A stretch of 49,156 bases of DNA from Perkinsus chesapeaki ATCC PRA-425 (lineage: Eukaryota; Protista; Perkinsozoa), in assembly GCA_013115145.1 (NCBI GenBank), contig JAAPAO010000234.1:1-49156 (forward strand), read 5' to 3'. A program made the translations under genes and the position numbers. Shown here in pieces: positions 21,133-35,554 of this stretch. The notes beneath the pieces were generated by a model. It did not search any database and had not been told where the DNA came from. It saw nothing but the letters and a program-made list of their open reading frames with translations. Each line of letters opens with the position of its first letter. Position 1 is the stretch's first letter.

Positions 21133-24100
21133 TCACTGCAGTCCGAAGCCCTCGCTATTCTCGATGGCAGAGAGGAGCATGCTCTTCATTTTATCCGCAC
21201 TAGAATACTCAGGCAGCAACAACACATCATAACATGTATAGGCAGTCGGCAAGCGGTCAGTGGGTTCGCCACCATTCTTTTGGACGGTCATCTGAAATAG
21301 CAAATCACATATGCGGGCCGCGATTCCTGGCTACACCGGTTTCTATGCAACTACAGTGAAGAGTGAAAGAATAGAGAATGGATTCGGAAAACGACCAATG
21401 AACGTTAATGGTTAAAACTTCAGCAACACGGAGAAATGATGAGGGTATCTTTTCTAGGGCAAGCATCGTGATTCTCAGAGCGACTAGTTCAGCTGTTGCT
21501 GGTGGTTCCAAGAACTGAGTACAGGCGATGCCTCACGTTACCTTTATAGCGCCTAACCCTCCTAACGGAACACGGTCACTCCCCGTGACGAACTTGAGGA
21601 ATTGTCGCTTCTGAGGAACATCTGATAAACGGGCACCACGAATCCAAGCTCACCTGGGTATCATTTAACTGGGTGACTATCTTCCAGAAGGCCTGGATGT
21701 ACGGGTAGTCATCTTTGAATGGAGCACCCTCATATCGAGCTGACTTCCGAAGCGCCTCGAAGTCAAGTTTTTGTTCGCCGCATAAAATAGCGTGCAGGTC
21801 AACCGGAGTCAGCGTACAAAGTGTTAAGGAACTGGCAGCAGCGATATTGAGGCAACTGTGGAGTCTCGCAAAGCTTACTCTCCGAGAACCCTATAAAATC
21901 CCTTCTCGAAAGGGTCATAATGAGGCTTGATGCTATCCACCAGCATCCACTGAATGTACTCCCTTACGAACTGCTCCCGGTTTGAGTAGGTAACAGGAAC
22001 ATTGGCACCATCAGGGATCAAGTCATGGTTCCGGCTCTCCCCATAATAATCATACGACACGTTGAAATATATACAAAATGTGTCCTGAGCGGCAGTTCCA
22101 TGACCCACATCGGCCGGTGAGCAGCGGCGGGGCCCACCTTAACTTCCTCGTCAGCATGCTCTGGGTCCTTGGGCTCGTACTCAAGCAAGTGTGTGAGACT
22201 GCGGGCTTCCTCAGGATAAACTTCTTCTAAATCCTCCATGGTAAGGTCGGCTGAAGGTCCTTGCAGCAGCCTCTTAAACAGCACACGTGGGAAGGGCACC
22301 TGAAGTCGAGCAGAATTGACACACGATTATTCAGATCACGCTAGACCCGAACAATAAAAGCTTTTAAATACAATACAAAAACAAAAAAGCGCGAAGGCAA
22401 CATGCATAACTAGTTTTTTGGTTGGGATGCACTAGCGCCTGCCCGAAGTGTGATCCATAGGGACCAAGCTTAGGGCCCTAAGCTGCGGCGCCAATGAGTG
22501 AGACTTTAGAGTGAACAAGCATCATTGCTTACACCAAGTCCAGGCAGGTTGTTGTAGACTAGCAGCCCGATAAGGGTGCCAACATGCTGAAAGTTATCTG
22601 GGCTCTCCACAGAATTGGGGTTGATCCATGTAACTCGAGCCTCTGGAAGATACTCGAACATTCCGTATCTTAACATCATCACTGATCAGCGGATGCCTGC
22701 GATATGATCCTACTGAGCGTCGAATAGCTGTTTGCAAAGTATATCGAAGAACTCCCTCTGGACTCCGCCCTCGTCCACGCCATCCTCACCCTCGAACTGG
22801 ACCATCATAGGGAATTTCAATTGTTGGTCATCCGCCTGATAAAGACACATATGGCGTCCAAGTGGCAGGGAGCCATGGACTCACCTCAGCCACTACCCGC
22901 AGGGCATCCTGTATGATATGGTCCCTCCTGACCTTCACTTGAAGCACTGTCTTAGGACGCACGCCTCTCATCATAGCGTCAACCATCAGATTGGGATGCG
23001 CCTGAACTCGAACAGCATCATTTTCGATCTAGAGGAAGCTCTTTGTTACCTGTAGATGCTCCTGGTTATGCTTAACTTGCCTCAATATGTTCTCCATCTG
23101 CAAGACCTTGTTCTTGAATGCAAGTGGCACAAGTGAGCCGTAACCAAGCATCGACGCCATGTACTCGGTCACCGTACTCGTATTAGGCCCCACACACTCC
23201 GGTTTGCCCAGAACCTCCAGCTTGCTCGGCAGCCTCCCTATTGGTCGCCCACCCTTCGGATCCGGCCTGAAGCATCGAATAACATCGCCACCAGTGGGGC
23301 TGCCTACTTCAAATACTCCTGAGCCCAAGTCTGAGAATACATCATGAACTCCACATCTGGCGGTATGGCATCGACCAGGCCATTAACGGTGATTTCGTCC
23401 GCGCCTGGAAGTCCTACCTTCTCCGCTGCACATATAATAATGGTGAGGACGATCATCGACTGAGGCAGAAAGGTTTAAAAGGTGCGCTACAACAGAGGCT
23501 TACTTGACTGAGAATTGCCATCTTTCCGCCGCCTAAATTGTGCACTTCATTGGCCAAAGAATTGGCCTGATTGAGCCACGTCTTGATGAGACAATCGGTG
23601 AGTATATAATGTTGCGGGCACTCGTTGGCTATAAGATCGACCTGAAAAGGTCGAAGGCTGCCACGTGATACATTTGAGGATGGCGAAGGGAGTTAGTTAG
23701 CCGCGCTTCATATATAGACGAATTAACGTCTTCATATCAGCACTATGCCCCTCGCTGTGAGGATGTGCTCTACTAAGTAGAACAGATATGGCCCCTCCAG
23801 TACTACTGACACTAAGGAGGCTACTATTCACTTGACAAACAAGCAAATGAACTAAACTTCTCGCTTTTGGCCATTTCTTACCAGAGCGAGTTTGCCTGTA
23901 GGCGAAAGGCAGGAGATGAGTTCGCCCATACGCTGCCTACACCAGATGCCAACTGGTCGATCCATCAGCGGCAAAAGCATGATAGTGAGGATCCCCCGAA
24001 GTTGATCGGGAGTTTCCAAGCTCTTTCCGCTCATGTCTATCAGAGAATCTCGAACCACATAAGCCAGCTCCTGCTCGAAGTTGCTCTTCTGGAAGGCCTC

Positions 24101-27029
24101 CGACTGCCACAACTCAGTGAAGCACGCGTAGGCCGTCTGAGCATCCAGCACCGATTTACGGTGGCCAGGGTACAGCAGACTGGAGTTGAGGATCTGCATG
24201 CCGTCCTGTGTGCGGAATATGGCCAATAGAGATCGCTTGAGATCATTCGCTATGTTATTAATGTAGTCATCAGGTGACCCGTTGCTCTTAGCACTAATAA
24301 ATGTGCGCACCATTCGCTGGAGTGATTCAGCCGAGAGAGCTGCGAAGGAGGTGGAGCCAACGCCAGGAGTTACCACCTGTCGCAGCATTGCGTGGATAAC
24401 ACCATCCCGAGATGACCGCGTGAGAGATATCTGAAAGACCACGACCATCCAATTTCCATGCGCTATCCTCTATCAGCCTCACCCGTCCACCCGCCTTCTG
24501 TGACAGGTAATCTTTGCTGCCGCCGCTGATAGTCCTCGGCAGACCGCGAGCCGTGCTTCCCCCCGAGTTGTCAGACATCAACGATGTCGCCTCGCTTACT
24601 GGCGCCGATGCTTCCCGCGCATGGCCAGCCACACGCTCTCCCTTGTCGCTCCGCTTCAGCGCGCCGCTGTCGGAGGTAGTCGGCTCCACGGGTACCCCTC
24701 GTACAGGTGTTGATATCATGCGTCGTTGCTTCCGCAAAGAGGCTCTTTCGGCAGGATCTACGGTCTGAAAAATGAAAACTAAACTGCTTCGCTCCGCTAT
24801 TTTTCCTACTGCTGGTCTAGCTGGTGTTGTTCTGCGGTTGCCGCTATTTGCAACTGCCATCGAATGAGTCTTAAACAAGCCGGCCGTGTCCAATTCCTTC
24901 GGCACAGATGTGTTCACCCGAGGGACCATAGGGCGTTCAGCAGACTTAATGGCGAGCACTGCCGAGTGGCTGCGACCTGCCGGAAGATGGCCAAGTCAGA
25001 GAACGTCCCTTCTTACCAGCGGCGACCGAAAACACAGCCAGAGTTCGAGGCATAAGCGTAGGCCTCAGCTGACCAGAATGGCCCGGGACTCCCGTGCCGA
25101 GCTGACCGCTATCGTTGTTGCCACAACCGAAAAGCTGGCCGTTGACGTCAAGGAAGAGAGTATGTTGGCCACCGCAAGCAACAGTTCTCCAGACATCTGA
25201 AGAGCCGACATTCGAGGATCGCAGGAGTTATGACCAGGCTTACTCTTAGCCTGAAGATTTACAGGTATAGGCAGACTCGGCTCTTCGGCAGGATCCACTC
25301 CACACTGTCCAAAGGAATTGTCGCCCCACAGAAAGACTTGTCCTCCTTGCACGACAGCCGCTGTGTGCTGTGCGCCACATGATGCCATCTGAACAGCCTT
25401 GCCTGGTGGCAGACAACTCACTGTCCCAGGCACGAGCTCGTGATGACCAGCGTCCTGACAGCGGAGCATCGTACTGAGACAATGCCGCTTGGTTAACCCA
25501 CTTCCCGACCAAGCTGTCCCTTCCTATTGGAGCCCCATGTGAATAGAACACCCGATATGGAGACAGCTGCTGCATGGGCATCCCCGGCAGACACTTGACG
25601 CATTGGCACTCCGTAGGTTTGGCCACAGTTGAGGACCGGCTTCGGTGATGTTATCTCATCCGTCGTACCAGTGCCTGGAACCACAAGATTCATCAAGTAA
25701 AACCCGGCGTCTGGAGACTGACCTAGCTGGCCTAGGGAGTTGTTGCCAGTTCCATAGACCTCCCCGGTCTCTAATAGCAGCAAAGTGAAGTCGCTACCAC
25801 AGGCAACTTGACACACTTCCTGAGGTGTTATCATCATCCTAGGTGCCACTGGATTGATTGTGGGTTGACCATGGCCGACCTAAAGATGAGAGTATCAATG
25901 CGAACTAACGGAGGGATTAGCACTGAATAGGGCCTAAATCGGGTAATCAACTACAAGGCAAAAATGATCATAGTAAAACGGGGGCCTATATAAATACCAA
26001 CAAGATGGTAAGTAGTAGTAAGGTAATAAGTGATAGTAAGGTAATAAGTAATAGTAAGGTAATAAGTAATAGTAAGGTAATAAGTAATAGTAAGGTAATA
26101 AGTAATACTAAGGTAATAAGTAATAGTANNNNNNNNNNNNNNNNNNNNNNNNNNNNNNNNNNNNNNNNNNNNNNNNNNNNNNNNNNNNNNNNNNNNNNNN
26201 NNNNNNNNNNNNNNNNNNNNNNNNTTTAGTAAGGTAATAAGTAATAGTAAGGTAATAAGTAATACTAAGGTAATAAGTAATAGTAAGGTAATAAGTAATA
26301 GTAAGGTAATAAGTAATAACAGCTAGATTTCCGAATCCAGTAGTCTCACCTGACCGAACTCATTATCCCTTCCCCAGCTAACAGCCACATTATTACTGGT
26401 AAGTGCAACAGTATGATGGTCACCACAGTTCACCGCTGACACCTGCCAAGAAGGCATCCCACCCAACACGTCCACGTCGAGCTTACAAAACTCTGCTCAA
26501 GTTCCTGATAGGCCACCAATCTCGGTTTGAAAAGCTCCTCAGAATCATCACCATCCGGACCAGTAATATAACCCTTCTCATTCAGACCTGATCATATGCC
26601 CCTTCAAGCTGGGACCCTGAGCTACTCCCAGCTACCTCCGCCATACACCCTTCCAGAGTCGCTAACGACCATAGTGCACTCCGGGCCAACACATAGGGAC
26701 TTCGGATGCCGCTGATCGAGCTCACACACCCTCTGGGGCCTAACATGACCGACTCCAACGGCGGCCTCAAGTCCTGATCCTCCTCACCTATCTACCGTGC
26801 TCTTGCCTTCCTCATTGACAGCAAGGCACTGACCGCACCAGTTGTCACCCCAACAGTAGACCCCTACAGACTCCTCAGTGGGGCTGCTAGAATCGGAGCC
26901 CTCTTCGACTAGGATATCAGCCGAGGAGGAATCTTCCGGCGACAAGTCGTCATCATCACTGGACATACTCACGTTTGTAGATAGATCGAAAAAGTCAACT
27001 ACCGCCGCAGTCCCACCAATTCGCCCCAT
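21133..27029 (-). CDS. HERC-like E3 ubiquitin ligase (N-terminal RCC1 repeats, C-terminal HECT domain), multi-exon
   Basis: RCC1 exons include [20 protein letters not shown]|[15 protein letters not shown]...[34 protein letters not shown] and [23 protein letters not shown] exons include [46 protein letters not shown] and [18 protein letters not shown]...NSEGFGLQ* (catalytic Cys present). Confidence 0.9.
26007..26318. repeat. 18-nt intronic minisatellite (aaggtaataagtaatagt) spanning an assembly gap
   Basis: Tandem units on both sides of the N-run, inside the intron 25880-26349 that splits an RCC1 motif. Confidence 0.95.
26129..26224. other. Assembly gap (96 N)
   Basis: Run of N. Confidence 1.
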
Positions 27030-27154
27030 CACTTAACAAAAGCCACGCCTGTTGTACAACAGTATTATCATGGACAGCTTGTAATAGCGTGTATGGAGGA
27101 GGGACGAGCTCACCACCCTATAGCACACCTTACCGACAGGCTTAATGTCGCCCA

Positions 27155-27832
27155 TCAGAAGGTGCGGCCTGATCTAGACTGGCTTCGGGCCAAGGAGTTG
27201 GCGAACGCAGTGGAGCGGCCCAAGTCGCTGATGACCTGCGTGAGCACCTCAATGGTCTCACGGTTCGTCTGTCTGTCATCCTTCAACTGCACTATCTTCC
27301 TCTTCAAACCAGCAATCTCATCTCGAAGTGCCTCCGCGCGCAGCCTGTTAGTCGGGCTCGGCGCAAGGCTCTTCGCTGACAGAGACCTGTTAGAGGACGA
27401 CACAGTATGCCGGGTGAATCTTTCGTGTGAGGTAGTCCTGGTCACGGAAGGCCTAGCCGATGCCGACCTCAGCAAGGCCGCTCTCATTTGAGTGGAGGCA
27501 GGCAGCCGTTCGATAGGATCACGACCAGTAACCGAGCCCCGTTGAAGGGCAGAGGCCGAGGGGAATCTTGCCACCTGTCGAGCCGGAGCGGCTATCTGTT
27601 GCACATACGAGGCGGCCCCAAGAGATGTTATAGAGGAGTGTCTCGATACTGCATGGTCAGCAGGCGGATCGATGGCCACGATCCTGGACCCGACGAGCCT
27701 GGCAGAGACCGGCATTGGTAGTCGAACATCATCATCTTGGTCTAGAGATATCTCCTCGTGAGGCGGAGGGACCGGCGCTGAGTAGGCGAAGGGAGGTATA
27801 GCTGGAGCGGAGAAACCACCGTAGTAGAGCAT
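27155..27832 (-). CDS. Hypothetical Pro/Ser/Arg-rich protein with a C-terminal coiled-coil-like segment (225 aa)
   Basis: ATG-initiated intronless ORF with acceptor-like cactgcag 7 nt upstream. RLRAEALRDEIAGLKRKIVQLKDDRQTNRETIEVL has a heptad character. No family recognised. Confidence 0.65.
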   Translation of the reverse strand: MLYYGGFSAPAIPPFAYSAPVPPPHEEISLDQDDDVRLPMPVSARLVGSRIVAIDPPADHAVSRHSSITSLGAASYVQQIAAPARQVARFPSASALQRGSVTGRDPIERLPASTQMRAALLRSASARPSVTRTTSHERFTRHTVSSSNRSLSAKSLAPSPTNRLRAEALRDEIAGLKRKIVQLKDDRQTNRETIEVLTQVISDLGRSTAFANSLARSQSRSGRTF

Positions 27833-27948
27833 TTAATAACTGCAGTGCAAGCATCGACGAAGATACCAACGCGGCAGCACAACGAAGACAAAAAAGGAAA
27901 CAAGCATTGGTGATGTTAAATTATTACGAAATGTGGCGTGTAAATATC

Positions 27949-30035
27949 TCATTCAGCTTCGGATATGGCAGACTCCTCATCGCTGGCCTCGTCAATGGTA
28001 CTCAATCTGTCCACTTTACCATCTACTCGGGCATATTTACGAGCTGTCGGCTGCCCCACACTGGTCGGACCTCGAGCTGCCATTCGGTAGCCGATCGCCG
28101 ATACTGACACTAGCACCGCTCCCAGGAGGAACCATGGGGACTTCACTTTAGAGTAGTCCGAGAATAGTAATGCTGACACAGCTACTGTAAGAATCAATGT
28201 GCCGGCATTAAGGTAGGCATTTATCATATTATTGCCATAGTTGAGTATCGTCGCTGTTGCCAAACCTACCACTGTTAAACCTGCAGCGGTAACTGAAAGA
28301 ACACCAGTACATTATTACTGTAGGAGTAGGATTTTGTACATTACGCATTTATTGTACAAGCAAGTAGCATATTGCCACCCCTACGGTAGCATATTGCCAC
28401 CCTTACGGTAGTATATTGCCACCCTTACGGTAGCATATTGCCACCCTTACGGTAGCATATTGCCACCCTTACGGTAGCATATTGCCACCCTTACGGTAGC
28501 ATACTGCCACCCTTACGGTAGCATATTGCCACCCTTACGGTAGTATGCTATCCGAACATACGCTGCTGAGGATCTATTGTCAATGAAGACCATGTGAGTC
28601 AATGATAGATTGCGTCGGGCCCAATCTCAAATGTTCTAAGACCGGTGGGGTATTCGTCGAATTTGGTCAATATACATACGTACTAGATTATATAAAATTC
28701 ATCCATTATACATATGTCTGATAATACAGCCCTCTCCAAAGAAATATAATATTTCGTTCTTAATAACTCCTCGTCTGCTATTGAGCGTACGACCGTAAAA
28801 TCTCGTAACATAGTACTAGAACACACGGCGAAGAAGCACATGTAATAAATCGATCAACCGTTTCATGCCTAGGTGCAAAGATGCATATTGGTAATACCCA
28901 TGTGTATACCCTTTAGTAGTGCCCATTGGGTATATAGCATTACATGTGAATTATTTGAGAACCTCTACAGCTCGTTTTGGGTAAGTAACGTACACTGCAC
29001 CAAATACCCCACTACGAGAAAGGCCACCTCCCCGGAGAGCTTACCATGAGCTGCCTTGAATGCTGCAATGGTCGGCATCTCTCCTGTCACTATTGCAGCT
29101 CCCACTACAGCTATCGAATTGAGCGGCGCGCCCCACATGTATATCCGACTGTTGCGCACTAGAAAGGGAATATCGCTATCTCGGTCCTGGAAGAGGTACT
29201 CCACCCAGATATTAGAGAACGACGCCAAGAGGGACACGACAAGAACGATAGCAGCACCTGGTGACAGACAGATAACCTACGCAGAAGAACGAAGCGAATC
29301 TTCTTCCTCACCCATCAGAGTTCTAAGCCATTGGCTCTCTCCCGTCCCCTCGGTTTCGCCCTCCGACCCCGATGAGACCACCGCTACACAAAGGCCAATG
29401 GAACACAAGACAGTAAATGCAAATTGGGCTGCAGAAAGATCTCGTCCGAGGAAGAACCTGAGAGAAGTCCAGTACAGGGAGTAATAGAGCAACTCGGGCA
29501 TACCGAAAGAGCAACGCTGTGATAACAATCTTGACGTTGAGCAGCAACTGGAAGGTAGCAGACGAGTCCAACAAATCGAGGGCGACGAACAGGCTGTTAT
29601 TCTCAATCAAGTACACCACCTGAGAGCAAAGATACTTTCCACTCACTCAGCTGCGCATCGAACCCACAGCAGGGACGCAGTAAGCCAAGGCCTCTTTGAG
29701 GCTCTTATAACGAACTATCGTAACCAGTCCATACTCCGATGGAGGATCCGGAGATGCCCTCCGAGACATGGCCAGATATAACAAGACGCATAATAGTAAC
29801 TTCATAGCTGACAAAAAAGGGAATCTTTAAGTGTCGCGGAGGCAGCGGCTGGCTTACCCTCGGCCAAGGTGACTACTATAAACTTGTTGGTACCATAGAA
29901 GGTGTGATTCTCCCGTTGCTCATAGTGGATAAATGTGTTGATGATGGCCAATAGAGAGCAGAGAAGAACATATAGCAAAATGGCCACTGGGAGGGGCACA
30001 CTGGGAGGGTGCTCCTTTGACTCTGGCAAAGCCAT
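27949..30035 (-). CDS. Nucleotide-sugar transporter (SLC35A, UDP-Gal/CMP-Sia transporter family), multi-exon
   Basis: YLIENNSLFVALDLLDSSATFQLLLNVKIVITALLF, LLASFSNIWVEYLFQD...RNSRIYMWG and GLATATILNYGNNMINAY match the family motifs (Y...N.L.F.AL..LD..TFQ...Q.KI..TA, S.F..V..E..LK, V..YADNI.K). Substrate cannot be assigned. Confidence 0.85.
28364..28548. repeat. 22-nt intronic minisatellite, 8 copies plus a partial copy
   Basis: gtagcatattgccacccttacg units at 28364, 28386, 28408, 28430, 28452, 28474, 28496 and 28518, with single-base variants and no spacers. Confidence 0.97.
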
Positions 30036-30112
30036 AAAAACTGGTAAGGAGAAGTCGGCACACCCTTACATAACACAACCGTTTAAGAGTCCTCACGGCA
30101 ATTAAACACGAT

Positions 30113-32737
30113 TTAATGTACGTATGACGAGGCATGCCAGTCAACCTTCCGGGAATCTATTGAATTACACGTCGGATGCATCAACCTGTTCGATCGCTGC
30201 ATTGTCTTATCTATTTCCGGTCTAAGACTCACCGTAATATCCTGCTCCCACTGGTCGTGACCTTCAGTCAGATAGGCACCCTTTTCTATGACAGCCTGAG
30301 CCTCTGCTAGCCATTTTGACATCCTAATATGAGCATAACTAACTAGCTAACCAGCCACCGTAACCTCACTTTTCAAGGTCCTCCTCAGCTGAGCTGGTCA
30401 ACCTCTTCGTTGCCGAGTCTAGGTCCTCTAACGTTCGATGCATAGCATTCGTCCACTTCTCTCGTAGCTACAAAGGGAGGATAATTTCATGGCTCATCGA
30501 TGACTTTCATATATAAACTAAGACATTTAGTCATAATACCACAACCCTTATGTTTATCGACTGCTGGACAGAACACACCTATGACACCGCTCGAGCTGCG
30601 TATGCGAGGAGCACGTGATACCTCTGATCCGGAAATATTAGACTTATTAACATCTATAAACCAGTCGTAATGAAGAAGCCTTCCGACGAGAGCCCGTGGG
30701 TTCAGAGATCTTCTTTGCGAGTGAGGAAACCACATTCACGGACAGCGGGATCAATTTCACCATTGAGGAATGTAAAGGCTGATTGCACCGCTTTCGGCTT
30801 CCGAAAGCGCGAAGATGCTTTTCTGAACTACCACTGAATAACCACTTTACAAAGATAAAGCGCGCAGCTGATCGAACAGCAGCTCCCCCATGTCTTGCAG
30901 ACGGTCTGCAGCAGACCCCTCTCTACAGTACCTTATCCTCATCCCAGAAGCCACTCAGCATCGGCCTTAACCTATCCTGTATAGCCATAGACTCGGCTGT
31001 TGTGGGCCGATCAGTATCATCCATCATCACAGGTAACGGCCACGGTAGCTGAAATAGTGCTTAGTAAACCCAACACTAGAAAGACGACCCCCACTCGAGG
31101 GATCTCACACTCTGCTCTGTGGAGCGATTCCTGCCAGGACCACCCACCCCACTACCTCTTCCTTCTTTGCTTTCCTATGACTCCCTCTTAATGGTATGCC
31201 ATCCAATACAGCCAGTCGCCCACAACAACGATAGAGCCCTTGAGCCGAGCAAGAGTGCAACAATGAACATGGATTGCCGCTAATCTATAAGACCACACTA
31301 AACTACGCCCGACCATTTTCCTACTGTTAGCTCCGCAAGGTCCACCAAATTCGACAACTCCTTGGCAACAGGCCTCCCCTCCTCCAGCCTGTTATCTGCC
31401 AGCTCCAGCACTTCCAAGCTCGGACAGACCTCAGCAATGCCCTCCACGGTGCACAAACGGTTACGAGACAAATAAAGCTCGATGAGCTGAGGGCACTTCG
31501 GCAGACCCTTCAGGCTCCTCAGTCTATTACAAGCAACAGAGATAACAGACAAGCTGTTGCCTTTGGGGATAAAGGAGATGCTCCTAATACTATTAGCGTC
31601 CAGCCAAAGCTCCTTCAGAGCCCGCAGCCCTAGGAGAGTGCCAGAGCCTATCTTATCGATCCTGTTATTGCCCAAATCGATGACCATTAAATTCCGCAAT
31701 GGCTTCAACGCATTATCAATAGCCTCGGAGCCGAGACTGTTATGGGAAGCATCCAGCCGAATAAGTCTGTTCAAGACTTCGACACCTTCCAAGCTCTCCA
31801 AGCGATTTCGCTGGCACTCCAATATTTCCAGAGTTCTCGGAAGAGCGCCTCCACTGAAGCTCCTTAGGCTGTTATCAGCAACAGACAGACGCTTCAGTTG
31901 TGGCGGCCAACAGTCCCGTGCCGCACTGAGCTCCGTCAGCATACAAGATGACAAGTCCAGAGTCACCAACTTGCGCCAATCACTACCCTCGGTGAAAACG
32001 AATGACGTCAAGTTGTTACAGGACAAGTCAATCTCTTGAATGTTGCCTTTCCCTTTCACCAAAGCCATACCATCACTGCTGCTAAGCATCTGATAACTCA
32101 AGTCCAGCCTTACTGTGGGCCCAGTATCATCCACCCTCGTGATCGCCCAAGTGGGATCCACAGATTTTCGCCTTTGGCGCGATACAGTCGGCAACCAGCG
32201 TTCCTCTACAAACTCATCTGGCCCATCTCCCTCTTGCCGACTTGCCAAGCCCACTAATGTCCTAGACGGCCTCTTCAGCACTTCCTCCACCGACTTCATC
32301 TCCACACTATCTTCCTCCAATGTGCCGCTGTAAAGCACTCGGCTACCAGTAGCACTGGACGCCCGAGACTGTGTAATAACACTAGAGTCCGTTGGCCAGT
32401 CCGTCACAGAGGCGTCCTCCCCCACTGTTGTGGTAGAGGTTGACTCGATATCTGGCCGTCTAGACTCAGGCCTGGACGTTCTCAAGATACCTCGAGGCCC
32501 TCCTACGGCAACCTCAGGCTGCACGGTGTCAGGTAGTTCAAGTAGAGAGCAACTCCGAAAGCTAGGGCTACCCGGCGCCTTCCTGTCCTTAGTACCCTGA
32601 GGCTGCTGCCACTGTAATGCTGTATTAGCCTTCATATCAAACCATTGCTCCTTGATATCTTGTGAAGCCTTTGTGGCAGTTGAGTGACTGAGCCCTGACT
32701 TCAACCTATCCAATATAGACGGCCGTTGATCAGCCAT
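30113..32737 (-). CDS. Leucine-rich-repeat protein (SDS22-like LRRs) with a disordered N-terminus and helical C-terminal exons
   Basis: 479-aa first exon with repeated LxxLxLxxNxL motifs (IQEIDLSCNNL, LKRLSVADNSL, LIRLDASHNSL, LMVIDLGNNRI, LKELWLDANSI, LIELYLSRNRL, LEVLELADNRL). Further spliceable exons run to about 30.1-30.3 kb; the 3' end is uncertain. Confidence 0.8.
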
Positions 32738-32835
32738 CTAAAATAGAACTCTAGGTTGGTAATAAACAGCAGCTGATTATTCGGTTTTGCCCGTCCGCCT
32801 GCGCAACATCGACCGAAATGGAAACCAAGAGGCGA

Positions 32836-33533
32836 CTATTTATATTTAACTCCACCCATGAACTCTCTTGCATTCGGCACATTACCATTGAAGTCTGCCC
32901 CCGAGAAGTCGAAGCCAGGATGCTCTTCCTGTTCACATATCCAGTTCACCTCAACCTTGAACCACCGATTCCCTACCTGAAACCGCTCCAACATAAGCTT
33001 CTTGCTGACCTCGTTCTGGGTGAAAGCATCCAGCTGGGCCTGCCCCTCAAAGCACGATGGCCAGAGTTCTGCCTTACGAGCCTACTACCAGCCTTACCCT
33101 TCCAGACCAGCCCCCCCCCAACCTACCTTTGCCAGAATTATATGGACTTCCCCGTCCTCAATAAACCAAGTGGAGTCATCCTTATCAACCAGGCCTGCCC
33201 TAAGCCAATGCAGCTACCTTCGATATTAAATAATATACTCACGGCACATGATTAAGATACAACTGACTAGCTCCTCTAAGACTCAGCTGCACCCTCTTGG
33301 GGCCCAATATGATACTGAGCTGATTGGCTTTGGTGCATCCAGGTGGCAACTTCACGTATATGTGAACCTAGCATCGGTCTCTCCAACCATTACAGCGTCC
33401 CCCATTGTATGACCTCATCCTGATTTTGTTCCCATTCATATACAACACTGCCTTCATAGACATAAGGCTGTCGGCCCCTCGCCTTCTTCTCCAACTCCAT
33501 CAACCTCGGATCCTTCTCCTCTCGACCAGCCAT
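32836..33533 (-). CDS. NUDCD2: NudC domain-containing protein 2-like co-chaperone (CS/p23 domain), multi-exon
   Basis: Not correctly shown in the ORF track. Spliced reading is MAGREEKDPRL...YEWEQNQDEV|HIYVKLPPG...|...DDSTWFIEDGEVHIILAK|...ELWPSCFEGQAQLDAFTQNEVSKKLMLERFQ|EEHPGFDFSGADFNGNVPNAREFMGGVKYK*. The LERFQ.E.PGFDFSGA tail is characteristic of NudCD2. Confidence 0.85.
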
Positions 33534-33601
33534 CTTATAAAACTGCTGCACTGACACTGCTGATCGACCCTAACTCAGACCCTTCCTCTATATAGAAACA
33601 C

Positions 33602-35419
<1,818 letters not shown>

Positions 35420-35554
35420 TTTGAGAAGGACGATTTTCGATGCGTGAAGTTTTAGGTACATGTAAACCTTTCCGGTATCGGATTAATTTACGCATATTAC
35501 ATCGTCCTCTACCTTGACGTGCTCCTCTCTACGGCATCCATTGGTCTTCCCGGT

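Noticed and set aside
21305-21511. 68-aa minus-strand ORF inside the HECT gene
   Set aside because: It falls in the last intron between the GGLGAIK and MTVQKNGG exons, which join correctly without it.
22467-22484. Perfect 18-bp palindrome AGCTTAGGGCCCTAAGCT in a HECT-gene intron
   Set aside because: About 0.2 such palindromes are expected by chance in 49 kb (49,000 x 4^-9), and I found no supporting RNA-gene motifs.
28364-28548. Palindromic direct repeats resembling a CRISPR array
   Set aside because: The units are contiguous with no unique spacers, only 22 nt long, inside a eukaryotic intron, and no cas genes are present.
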